DNA of 64,000 nt from Leptogorgia sarmentosa (taxonomy: Eukaryota): NCBI GenBank assembly GCA_964658305.1, contig OZ210885.1, forward strand, positions 20,336,001-20,400,000. Direction: 5' to 3'. Every line of letters starts with the position of its first letter. Positions within the stretch are counted from its first letter, which is position 1. Positions 1 to 12,600 of the stretch are shown here, piece after piece. The notes beneath the pieces were generated by a model, which saw only the letters and a list, made by a program, of their open reading frames with translations, ran no database searches and was not told the origin of the DNA. Position numbers and translations under genes: made by a program.

Positions 1-3000
1 CATATATGTGCTTGTCTGACAGCCATCCATTTAGTGTTAATAGTACATTCTCATCACCAATTGTGAGGTGCAAATCAGCCATCCATGGGGATCCAGGTCG
101 ATCCTCAAATCTATTGCTTTCCCTCTTCCGCAATGTACCTTCATTAAAACTTTCAACAGGAATGTTTACTTTGTAGCTCTTTCTTAGCATTTCTGCAGAT
201 TGACCAACCCGCCCTGTGTAACGATGTTTTGGCCTCCCATATTTCCCCTTCGGTAGTTGTTGTATTTTTCTCTTTTTTCTGGCTGATGACTTGTTCTCTT
301 CTGTAGGACCGTTTGCCTTCCTTTTACGTTTTGCTTTGTTGTTCATCTCCAGTGCAAGACCATTGCAATCTGATGGCAGTGATTCTTTGACATCTTCCCA
401 GATTTTACATAACAAGTTCTCCAAATCCTTGATTGATGAAATATCTCTCAGCAAGTATGTTGCACTTGTCAACTGCTTTAGGACCTCACTGCATTTTTTT
501 CTTATGCTGTGTTGTCTTGAAGACAGTTCGTGGAGGTAATTCAATAAACCCTTTATCACTATGTTGATCTAATTTCATTTGTTTTTGGCCATTGTTGTAA
601 CTCATATCTGCTACTTGATTTCCCCCATCTGCATGATCAGTTACCCTACCATTCTCTTTTTCAGACAGTTTGTGGTCGTTCAGTGATGCAATACCAGCAA
701 TGCAGAAGTCATCAAGGCAAAATAAAGGATTATTTTTATAGAGTGATGAAAGGGATTCCCACTTCCATTGAGTGTGTTGAAATATTGCACAGAAGTGTTT
801 GCACAGTAAGCGATGTTTTTGCCAGTCCAAACATTGGCAGCTGGGATATATGGATTGGTTGCCAAATCGAACCAGATAAGTTTTTGTTGATAATGTGCTT
901 CTAACTTTGAATTCACCCTCATTTTCAAGGTGTGTTATGTTACGTGGTCCTATGGCTCCTTCCCATCGTTTCATAATGTGGATTACCATGTCTCTTGATC
1001 GGTTGTTCAAAAAAGGTGGGAGAGCACTGTTGTATTTGCTATATCCATCACTATATTTCACATTCAGCTGTAAGTACCTAAACATACATAAAGAACGCAA
1101 ATGGAATGATACTCTGGCAATATGGAAAATACCTCTTTCACTACATTTCTCACTATATTTACCACATTTATCTATCACCATATTCACTTTTCATACTTTC
1201 AGACTTGTTAGTGGGGTGGGGGGGGGGGGGGCATTTTGACACTTAATATTATATAGAAAGTGGGTTTTTGAAGGGGGATTATTTGGGGGGATAGGGTTTG
1301 TATGGTAATACTTACTTTGTGTATATCTCTGGAATAAATGTTGTGTTAATATTGTGAGCATTGCACTTAATGTGTTGTTCTTTTCACGCTTCAGGTAATC
1401 ATACTTGAAGGCTTCATTTTGCCGTTAAATTCCATTGTTCGTATGAACTGCAGTTATTAAATCATCCCCACGAAAAGCTTGAGCCCATCTCTACATAATG
1501 AAAAAAACAACCTTTTGAACAGCTAATTAAAACAGGTAAGATCAAACTTCGTTATATAATCATAAAATTAAAATAAATCATACACTGTAACTTGTAAGTT
1601 AGTATTTCATATACAAACCTCTGCTTCTGGTAACCAGGCACTTGTAAACCACCGTGATAGTTTTTGATTCTTCTTAAACAGTTGGCTACTTTGAAAGTCA
1701 CTTAAAGCTTCCTTATAGTCATCCATTGTTTGAGCATGGGCTATTTTCTGTAGCATTCCCAAGCATTCTTCACGTCTGCCAGTCACTCCATTATCAATTT
1801 TGGATGTCCATTCCATCCATGCCTTTTCCCTGTGAAAATCACAGATAAAGGTTCTGGAATCTAGAAAAAATAAAAGTTTATTCAACTCCTTAAATCTAGG
1901 AATTTGAAATCTTTTTATAGATTTTTGGAAGCCCAGCCAACCAGGGCAAATTAGCTCCATTTAAATGACACTTGCTCCATTTAAATTGTCAGTCAATATT
2001 GCAACCATTATCCATGTTTTACAGTAGTAGATGTATTACAATGGAGTTTTTTACATGTAGGTAGTGAATGTACCTGGCACTTCAATGAATTGTACCTGGA
2101 AAAACTGCCTTCAAGCCATTAATTTCCACTTCTGAGAAGTCCACCATAAAATTGTTTGGTTGCCATTCTGGATTCCAGTTATTGAACACTCTCAAAGCTT
2201 CAACCAAGTCATCTGTGCTTTCATATTGCGTTACAAAGGAACCCACTTTCTGGTATGAAACATTGGTTCGTACACACAAAAACCAAAGTGCAAGGGCATA
2301 CTCAGTTGTCCGGTATGTTGCATCTAGAATACACATGTCATTCCCATATCTTGAGAGAAGCCTAGACTGTTCCTTTGTTTGATGGCAGAAAAGTAAAGGT
2401 TGTTGGATATCATCGCCTTCATTGAGCTTTATTTCATCATCTGGTTTTTCTTCAGTTTTGTTGTTATTGTGTTCCACATCACTGCGCACATATGGTCTGA
2501 AAAAGTAGTTGTCGCTTGGATTATTCAGCTTCCATTCTTGAACTAAGCATTCAACATTTTCTTGGTCAATTAAAGAATACTGTTTTGCTGCCTTTGCTTT
2601 TGTCATGCAATTAGCTATATCCTTCCTTGTTGGGTAAAAGCTTCGTCGTGTCTTTGATGGTACCATTCCATTTCGAAACAGTTCATGCTTAACAAAGTGA
2701 TGTAAGTGGCGTTTCATTTCTGTAACACTTGATACTCCTTCATCAACAAGAGATTTTATCTTGCCCATCAGTCTTGGATCAACTGGTTCTCTGAATCCAG
2801 AGGCCTGCAGTATAATGAAAATTCAGCAGGCATGCATGTTATCAGGGTTCAAGCCTTATGTAAAATATATTATCATCTCAAAATTTATTCATTATTACAC
2901 AGTGTTTCACAGATTATATAAAATATTAAATATGTGTATCAATATCACACATACTTCCCCACTTAGATGATTTTTCTGTTCCACTGGCAATGGCAGTTTA

Positions 3001-4959
3001 ATGTAGAAACGTTGTTCTTCTTTCATTTTGTTTTCTTTGACTAGATTCCGTAGTTCATTTGTCCTCTTTTTTCTTTCATAGGCAGTTGAGTCAAGCATTA
3101 CCTGTGGGAAAAAAACCAAGTAATGTTAAATGCTGTTGATCATGAATGTTGATCAGTATTGTCTCATTTTATTGTTTTTATGGAACAGACCTGAGTGTAA
3201 TGAGACAATGAGTGTAATCTAGTCCGAACAGAAATATTAAAAGAATTTCAAAATGTTTATTATTGATTTGTATCGAAAGTATTAAATGCAGCAGCTGGGA
3301 AATTTGTTGCGCATGCGTCAAATGTGACTTGCGTGGGCTCCACGAACTAATATTGCGCGCGGGATCTTTAAAATTTGTAAACAAAAACATGAGCGGGATT
3401 TTTTTCTCTTGTGCCTCGTTTCTTTGGCTGTTTTTATCGCTGTTTTTGCAGTTGCAAATAGGAAGGACCTTTATTGTGCCGTATGTGGCAAATGCTGCAA
3501 AACGAATTAAATTCTGCAAGGAATAGCTCCCGCAAAGCGCTGTTTTCGAGAGCTGTTTCGGTGTATCCTACGACGAGACAGGGATATTATGCTCTACCTG
3601 TCGAACTTTAAAGGCGAAATTCAACTTGAAGCGCAATTTTCCCCTCAAAACGATTAGGTATTTATTTTTCCTACCTATCCAGAGAATTCAAAAATAGGAT
3701 CAAGATTTTGGAGACTTCGGTTAGATTTTTCACAATTTTGCCGAGTTTCGACCCAATTTAATTCCTGATTGAGACGAGAAAATATAGCGAGATATAGTTT
3801 AAAATATTTTTTGTTCTAAAAGGAATAACAGTTTGATTTCTTTACACAAGTATTAATACATTAGTACCAGAAACTAGAGCAAAAAATGAACCAACTACAT
3901 CCAATTGATTCGCTATCGTTCGTCTTGATATGGCAGACATCAAAATTCAACCGATATGCAATGTTTGACATAGATTCCACGATTTTGGTCGGAAGGGCAA
4001 TTTTCATATCAACAAAATGCTGTTTATCAAAAACAACAAACAATGTGAATATCAAATTTAGTAACAAAACTTTGGAGATTTCGTCTAGATTTTGAGCTTT
4101 TGAAGCTTGGGTCTATAACGTCAACAGATGCGAAGCAATGTAAACTTTTGCTCACCCTGAACAAACGTAAAATTATCTGGCAAAAACAGAACCAGGGGTG
4201 ACACATGAAGTTGTAAGGAACATATTATACACTCTTTCCAGTTTCAAACACCCACAAGTGGCAGTGAATCTTTACTCAAAGCACGCGCATGCCAAAATTG
4301 TGTTCAAATTATCGGTCAACATCCTTGTGTGTATATGTGCTGATCACTCGCACAAGTTTGTTTCAAATCACTTGAAAAATCGTCTTCTGTCAGACCATAG
4401 ATAACAGTTCAAGTACAAGTTAGTTTTGATCCATGTAACCAAGCGAGTTGGCGCACAATTTACAAATAAACACAACAGTTCGCAAGGCATAATAACACGT
4501 TCAAACCCTAGGTGCCTTCGTCGCCAATATTTTAGTAAAATGTACCATTAAAAAGGACATATTAAACATCTGAAGCAAACTTGGTGTGCTAAGAACAACT
4601 TCCTACTCTTTAAATAATTTGATAATGGCTCAGAGAAGCTCAGATCTCAAACAAACATTCGCTTTGCATTTTCATTCGAAATTTACAAATTCGAACAAAA
4701 AACAGGTTGTGCCCGCAATTTCTCTGCACAGCGACAACAAATTTCCCAGCTGCTATTAAATGCATGTCAAGAGCCCTTGCGTATACATACCTAATTTACC
4801 GTATTTCCCATCCTTCTTGTCAAAAACATAATGAGTTAGTGTCGCCCTTTCATAATTAGCAATGACCAATTCGACGTCCTCTTCCTTTAACACGAAACCT
4901 TCATAATCGTTGTGCCAAACTCCAATTATGTTGCCGTTGTTAGATTTGGCGTAAGTCAT
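1..4959 (-). pseudogene. MULE-1 Mutator-like transposase (multi-exon; MULE DDE + SWIM zinc finger + start of Ulp1-like domain), disrupted; runs off the window start
   Basis: Exonic ORFs 4756-4959, 2907-3119, 2082-2768 (LDATYRTT..L..LCVRTN; FMVDFS), 1607-1960 (CDFHREKAW) and 486-1187 (SWIM CQCLDWQKHRLLCKH). In-frame stop at ~486; WLSDKHI near position 10-30. Collinear with the MULE-2 gene. Confidence 0.85.
3290..4754. mobile_element. Non-autonomous TIR element (MULE-type, 9-bp TSD) in an intron of MULE-1
   Basis: 20-bp TIR AGCAGCTGGGAAATTTGTTG at 3290-3309 and 4735-4754; TSD ATTAAATGC at 3281-3289 and 4755-4763; no convincing ORF. Confidence 0.85.
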
Positions 4960-6139
4960 TTTTTAGCCACGTATTTAATATATTTTCTTCCTATATGTTA
5001 CTTATGTGAAATTACATTGTAAACCAATTCCAACTACCAAAAAATCTTTGTAATAAATCCAATGCGAAATTGCGAATATCTATTTAATTTGATTTTCCCG
5101 CGTCATCCCGGTTATTGTTTACAACAGAGTTGGAATATTTAGTTAAAATGCATCAAACATGAATTTTGCATAAATTACGGCAAACTTGGTCCCAGTCTCC
5201 TCTCGACATTTCGACCTTTAGGGTATCCTATAAAGCCATGACCCATAGGGGGTCGGCACTAGATCATAGACAACAAGTGCACATATCTGAAACTGCTATA
5301 TATAGCGGTCAGCGGTATTTAAAGTGCTGTAAACTTTATATAAACACAATTTTGTGGCACCACGACCACATGTGTATAAATTTAAAACACCAAATAAAAA
5401 CAAATGCAAACGGAGATTTAATAAACAAGAAGCTATTCAGTTAAATAGGTATGTGTGTATATTTAGTGAGCAAGAATTTTTATTACCTATTACCTGTTGG
5501 GGGTCAATTTAAAAATCATGTTAACTCATAAATTAATAGACGTATTGGTGATAAGCCATATTCATAAGAAAGTACATGGTGGATTGGTGGTCAACTTTGC
5601 ACCTACACGGGCTACTGTTGCTTTATGCCTTGTGAAAGCGAGAAAATTTGGTTAAATTTACTGTATTTGCTAATGAACACAAGGTGAATTAATATAATGA
5701 ATAATAAGATTGATCCAACAACTGTATTTCCTTTTGGAGTTGACCACCAATTAGTGTGAATGCACCTACCAATGTTAAGCCAAGGGGTGGGCGGGAGAGG
5801 GGTGTGGATTTGAACAACTTTGTTTGCCCAACGGGGAGGATTTTGATGTCAGGAGATCTCCCTGGGGTGCGGAGATTTGATCTTTTTTAGCAGCCCTGAC
5901 CAGGCAACTTTGATTATTTTAAATACATGGGAACAAGTCCATATCACTGGCCTATACAACCTTGTATCCAGGGCTTCTGCTATTAGATTGTTGCAAAAGG
6001 CAATTTAATATTCTGCTTTGTTCAAGTACAACACTTTGGGTTGATCAGTTTCATAATACATCTAAAAAATGTACAATTTTTCATGAAACAAGTATGCTAA
6101 TTCAAAATTAGTGGTCTTACCTTTTTCTGAAAAAAAAGC

Positions 6140-6558
6140 AGTAAAATGTTCAAGGAAAAGGATCTTCCAACAGCGGCAGATGACATAGTAAATCTTTAGT
6201 AAAATGTTCAAGGAAAAGGATCTTCCAACAGCGGCAGATGACACAGTAAATCTTTAGTAAAATGTTCAAGGAAAAGGATCTTCCAACAGCGGCAGATGAC
6301 ATAGTAAATCTTTAGCAAAATGTTCAAAGAAAAGGATCTTCCAACAGAGGCAGATGACATAGTAAATCTTTAGCAAAATGTTCAAGGAAAAGGATCTTCC
6401 AACAGAGGCAGATGACATAGTAAATCTTTAGTAAAATGTTCAAGGAAAAGGATCTTCCAACAGCGGCAGATGACATAGTAAATCTTTAGTAAAATGTTCA
6501 AGGAAAAGGATCTTCCAACAGCGGCAGATGACACAGTAAATCTTTAGTAAAATGTTCA
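6140..6558. repeat. 58-bp minisatellite, ~7.2 copies, downstream of the MULE-2 gene
   Basis: Unit GTAAAATGTTCAAGGAAAAGGATCTTCCAACAGCGGCAGATGACATAGTAAATCTTTA starts at 6141, 6199, 6257, 6315, 6373, 6431, 6489 and 6547. Confidence 0.95.
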
Positions 6559-6617
6559 GTTTCGGTGCGCGTAGCTTACCGAGAAAGTCACAGAATGTTT
6601 CATGAATGGCAGTTATT

Positions 6618-9600
6618 TTAAGCAGAGGTCTGGGTTATGTCTGTTGGCTGTGACACATCTACGTCTACAACTTGACAGTTAGGAGGTTTTCTACAGCGAT
6701 CTTGTTCACAATATGTGCAGATAAGTGGTGATCCAGTTGCAAGTGCTGCAACCTGCTTCGGTGAAAGTTTCATGCACTTTTCTGCATGACCGTGATGGAA
6801 CCAGTTGTCACAAACGCTGCAGTGGACCATTTGAGCACCAGGAATGTGCCGTAGACAAACACAATAAGTACTTATGACGTAATGCGATTGCTTGTAGGGC
6901 TTTTGCATGACATCATGTGGGAACATTCGGATTTTCTGTTCCTCAAAGCATTTCAAGAGATGGTTGCGCATTTTGCTTTGATCCCAATGGATGGTCGATG
7001 GATCTACTCCAGTTGCTAGTGCCACAGAATTTGCAATAGCAAAAAGGCCACAGTCTGAAGCCCCCCTTTGTCGTTGCTGTAGCACCACTGTTACGCCAAG
7101 AGAACCATCACCGTTGCACAACCCTTCATAAACATATGCCAGCTGCCTCTTAAGTGACTCATTTACTGTCGAGTATAAGCTTTCATAGACTACCACTTTT
7201 CCTGAGATAGAGGTGGATGTTACCCAATGGGCACCAATGTTGTGGCACTGAATGGTTTGGTGAACATCTTGGCGGACTGCAAATCTGCTGCAATGTGTTG
7301 TCGCTGCAATACAGTTTAAACCACTAACTCCTGTTCCAAGCTCTTTTATAAGGTGTTGTGCTGCATCAATGTGTTCATCTGTCAACCATGAAAACGTGCA
7401 TTGAAGAATGTCCCTCAATTCATATGTTAGCTTCACACCATCGATTGTTATCCATATATCATTCGGTCTGTTACCATTCTCATCCTCATCGTTTCTTCTT
7501 CGTTTGCCAGCAACACTGAAATTTTGGGCCTTGACCCTTTTCCTGGGAGCAATGTTGGATTTTTTCGCCTTGGATCCTATCTTCTGGCCGACTTTGCCTT
7601 CTTCTACAACAATCTTCGCATTTCGAAAATCGGCAGCTTCCCCAACTCTCTTTGTGAGGTGATCCCTCTTTTTTCTTCTTTCTAGCTTGGAAACCCTTAA
7701 ATTAGTTGGCTTCTTTGGAGATAAGGATTTGTCCTTTAACAGAAGTCCATTCTCTTTGGGGCGATGTTTCCTGGCGTAAGCAAGAACTTCTCTGATCTTT
7801 TGGAGGGTTTCGTTCAAAGCATCTTTATCCGTTAGCAGATACAGTTCGTCATGCAGTGTTTTCACTTCTTGGATGCACTGCCTCCGGATATTGCCCTTTT
7901 TTCGACATGGAAGGCTCACCATAGCAACCTCTACCTTGCTCTCTCCTGGGGAACCGTCTTTATCCGTCAGCTCTGTTTGATTAGATGGGAAGGTGTCATC
8001 ACTGATGTCATGGGATGACTCTGGTACTTGAGTACTTTGACCTATTACTTCTTTATCCAAAATGAACAGGGGGTGACTGTTGAACCGAGAACCAAGAGAC
8101 TCCCACCCTACGTTTGGTTGTTGAACAACAGCGCATATGTGCTTGCATAGCAATTTATTTGTCCTGTAGTCGATGCATTGGCAGGTCGGTAGCTGGATGT
8201 CGGAACCTAACCAAACTTTAACACCGGTAAAATTTAACACCACTACGGATGCTAAATAGGCGAGGAGTTTCTTCGGAAATATTGAGGTTTTCAATCTCAG
8301 TGGTACTTCTTTTCATGATGTGCTCCACAATGCCTCTCGGTCTATTTTGTAGATACCTCGGAACGCGATTGTCATAACACCTGTACGAGTCTGTGCACTT
8401 GATGTTTTGTTCTCTATATCTTTCAAAAGAAGAGAAAAAACAGAATAACATACTGAAAGTTAAAAAAAATACACCAAAGAACAGCATCTTGAAAAGTCAA
8501 TATTTGAGAAAAAGAAAGAATAACGAGTAACGAATAACTTACTTCTTGTAGCTATCAGGCAAAAATTGCTTTACTAGTATATCTATTAAATCTGTGACGG
8601 AGTTATTTCTTCGCCCATCCAGATACGATTGTTTTAGCCAGTTGTTTTGTCGCTCAATTCCGTTGTTTGTGTTAATGGAGATTCTCAGTGCTTCGTCACG
8701 GTAGAAACGGACCCATTTCTATATGGTAGTAAATATTGGTAGTAATTTACCTATTATTTACATGTTTATTTTGTCTTAATTAATATTTTTGTCAGGACGA
8801 TGTTACATGGAATAAAATGCAAAACACCATGAATTAGGCTGCCTATTCGGTTATTTTTTTGAAATTAACAACGTATCTCATCTTCATGAAGATACGCTAA
8901 TAACAGTACCTGCAGATGGAGACCCCAAAATTCGGTGAAGTATTTTTGCAGCGGAACTGATTCTTTCCAAGGTTGACTTTTCTTCAGAACAGTTATATTA
9001 TGCTGAAGTTCACGTTGATTTGCACTCTTCGCAATGTTACGCAGGTATTGCAATACCTCGGCTCGGTTTTCTGACACCTCATTTGTTGTTTTTGACACCC
9101 ACTCATTCCATGCTTTCTCCCGATGGAAATCGCAAACATGAACGTGTGCTTCTGAGAATAAACCAAAGGGCACATGTCAAATAGAATTACGTCCCGGAAA
9201 TTGTCATAGGTTTTCAAATGTTGCAGTTCAATCATTGATGTGCAACAGAATTGTGATTCAGGGAAGACACCCATAACTCCACGGGCGACTTATCGTACAC
9301 CGTTGATCACGGATGTAAATGTATAATTAAGGAATATCAAATATCAGTATGCCACACTGGACATGGTTACTTACTTGGAAAGCATTCGTTAATGGCTGCT
9401 ATTTCTGCTAGTGAACAGTCGACCATAACGTTCTTAGGGTCCCACAATGGGTTTTCCTTGCGTATAATTCTGAGAACCTCTGCAATGGAATCCGCATCTT
9501 CATGCTCTGGGATGAAAACGGCAACGACTATATAGCCAACGTTAGAACGGACACATAGGAAGAAAAGAGGCAAAGCGTATCTGAAAAAAATATACTCGTC

Positions 9601-12600
9601 ACTATTATTCCGTTTTTCGTTCATTTCTTGTTATTGATGAAGATTGTTGCATAAGACCAGTTTTTATGTCGTATAGTACAGTTGCAGGTAACCTAGGGAT
9701 CGGCCAATACCAAGCTAATACCAAGATATGATTGTACGCAAGATATCATTTGTACGTAAAAGTGATAAAATACTGACATTGTACCTGCACGTTCGGTATG
9801 TGGTGTCCATCAAGCACATTTCTTGACCATATAGCACTAGTAAGCGCTTCATCCATTGCGACTGGTAAACAAATAAAAAGCTGGTTTTCGAATCTTCCTC
9901 TACTGGTAGCACTGTTGAATATTAACACGCTAATTTATAATTACACACTTAGAGGTAATTCCATTTCATTCATTAAAGGTGCAATGATGTACGTATTTTG
10001 CCCGATAAAAAATAAAGTCTTCTGGATTTGACTCTTGCCAATCCTTGCATTTAATTTCCAAATTTATTTGGTCATCTGGTGCTTTTCGAGCGCCAATCCG
10101 TGATGTGTATAGAATATTTCTAATATCTGCATCAGTTGGATAATACCTTCTGCTTAATTCAGGTGGGGCTCTTCTCCATGAAACAACTCATCTTTAACAA
10201 AACTATTTAAATGGCGACGCACTTCTGCCACACTGCGAACACCAATAACTTCCATCGCTCTAATTTTTTCTACAATTATGGGATCCATTGGTTCACGTAG
10301 ACATGCCACCTGAAAAGGTAATACAAAGAGACTTAGGAAGATGTTCCAACATGCCAAACCATACATTGGTGCTAATCGACCAAAAAGAGTAATTCAACAA
10401 CCATTGTTTCTGCTTTCATCACTAAACAATTACCATGATGACAAATGACTTCGGAGTTTTGTCTAAATATACATGAAATAATTATTCATTGGCCCAGCGA
10501 ATGATTACCTCTCCTTCAGTTGTATGGAATTTGTGACTATTTACAGGTGGGAGTTTAATTGCAAATTGGTTGACAATCGTCATTTTTTTTCCAGCTTGCA
10601 AATCTGCCTTGAATGATGCCGCTGCATCCCTAATCTTTCTCCGCGGTTTTCCACAATCTGGACCAACAAAGACCTGCAGAATTGACTTATATAAGATACG
10701 ATAACATAACATTACAACACACTGTTGTATAACATTTAATTAAGTCGTGTTATGTTTTTATACTAGTTATGTTCATAGATCTTTTTTGGCGCAAGTCGAC
10801 TAAAAATGGCTTTAAAAAAACTTCTTAACTGCAAAGATCTGTGTGATATTACCAGACCTGTTTGACCACGAAATATCCATATTTACCCAAGTAATTCAAT
10901 TTAGCTAGGGTGAAACCAGCCTGACAATTCGGTTTTGCAATGCAAATTTGAGATCATTATTATTATTAATTTCTATTGATTGTTTTTTCAGTCTATGAAC
11001 GCAGGAATATGAATTTGCATATAGCACAACCAAATTGTCAGGTTGGTTTCGCCCCAACACTTAGTCACTTGGCATGCAGTATGTTTCAATGTATGAAAGA
11101 AATGGCATCCCACACTCTATAGGGGTAGATTAGAGCAGAGCAAACAGCCAGACCTCTCAGTTTTCATTGAGTAAGTTATCAAGCATATGTATACCTTATA
11201 ATCTGGTAACTTTAGTACTCGAGACATTATAAGTTGGCTAGGACAACCCAGCTTTTTGGATGGTTGATAATGCTTTCTCTTTTTTCTGAATGTATGATCA
11301 TGATTCTGCAAAATTGTTGAATGATTACACTGTAACTGACTTTATGTGCAAGATTCTTGTCAACAAAATAAATTCTGTCATTTTTACCTCATTTTTATCC
11401 AGAGCTTCCTGTCTTCTGATTTTTGTCTTAAGATCTATATCATTACCCTGATGACATTGGTAGTTTACTGTCCCAACACATAGGAATGGCACACCATCAA
11501 ATGAAAATGATATCCCTTCAGAACTTTTCAGGCTCCACTGCAGTCTTGTTCTATTCTCTCTCAACACCATAATTTCCTCAGCAGCCGTACCTGAATTTTT
11601 TAAAATTCTTTATATAAAGTAAGTTCTCATCATGTCATAAAAAAGTGAGGTGATATCAGTTTTATCAATCATGAATTCAAAATTTATTCAGAGGATTGAA
11701 TAAACTAATGTAACCAAGTTATCAGTGTGAGAGACACAAAAAGAGTGTAAATTGGAGTCACAGATTAAAAAATGTGATTTACTTTGTCAAAAATTGCAAA
11801 ACACTATCTCACTCTAAATATCGGTGTATAAAAATTATGTACAGATATGCACATTTCATGATTTCAACACATATCAGATATAGATAAATGTCATAAATCC
11901 AACTTGTATATGTTCGAAATAATTTGTAATTTGTATTAACTGGGTAACCGTATTAGATATTCTTTTGTCAGGACGATGTTACATGGAATAAAATGCAAAA
12001 CACCATGAATTAGGCTGCCTATTCGGTTATTTTTTTGAAATTAACAACGTATCTCATCTTCATGAAGATACGCTAATAACAGTACCTGCAGATGGAGACC
12101 CCAAAATTCGGTGAAGTATTTTTGCAGCGGAACTGATTCTTTCCAAGGTTGACTTTTCTTCAGAACAGTTATATTATGCTGAAGTTCACGTTGATTTGCA
12201 CTCTTCGCAATGTTACGCAGGTATTGCAATACCTCGGCTCGGTTTTCTGACACCTCATTTGTTGTTTTTGACACCCACTCATTCCATGCTTTCTCCCGAT
12301 GGAAATCGCAAACATGAACGTGTGCTTCTGAGAATAAACCAAAGGGCACATGTCAAATAGAATTACGTCCCGGAAATTGTCATAGGTTTTCAAATGTTGC
12401 AGTTCAATCATTGATGTGCAACAGAATTGTGATTCAGGGAAGACACCCATAACTCCACGGGCGACTTATCGTACACCGTTGATCACGGATGTAAATGTAT
12501 AATTAAGGAATATCAAATATCAGTATGCCACACTGGACATGGTTACTTACTTGGAAAGCATTCGTTAATGGCTGCTATTTCTGCTAGTGAACAGTCGACC

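Noticed and set aside
6140..6558. Possible CRISPR array
   Set aside because: Head-to-tail 58-bp units with no unique spacers and no cas genes, in a eukaryotic context.
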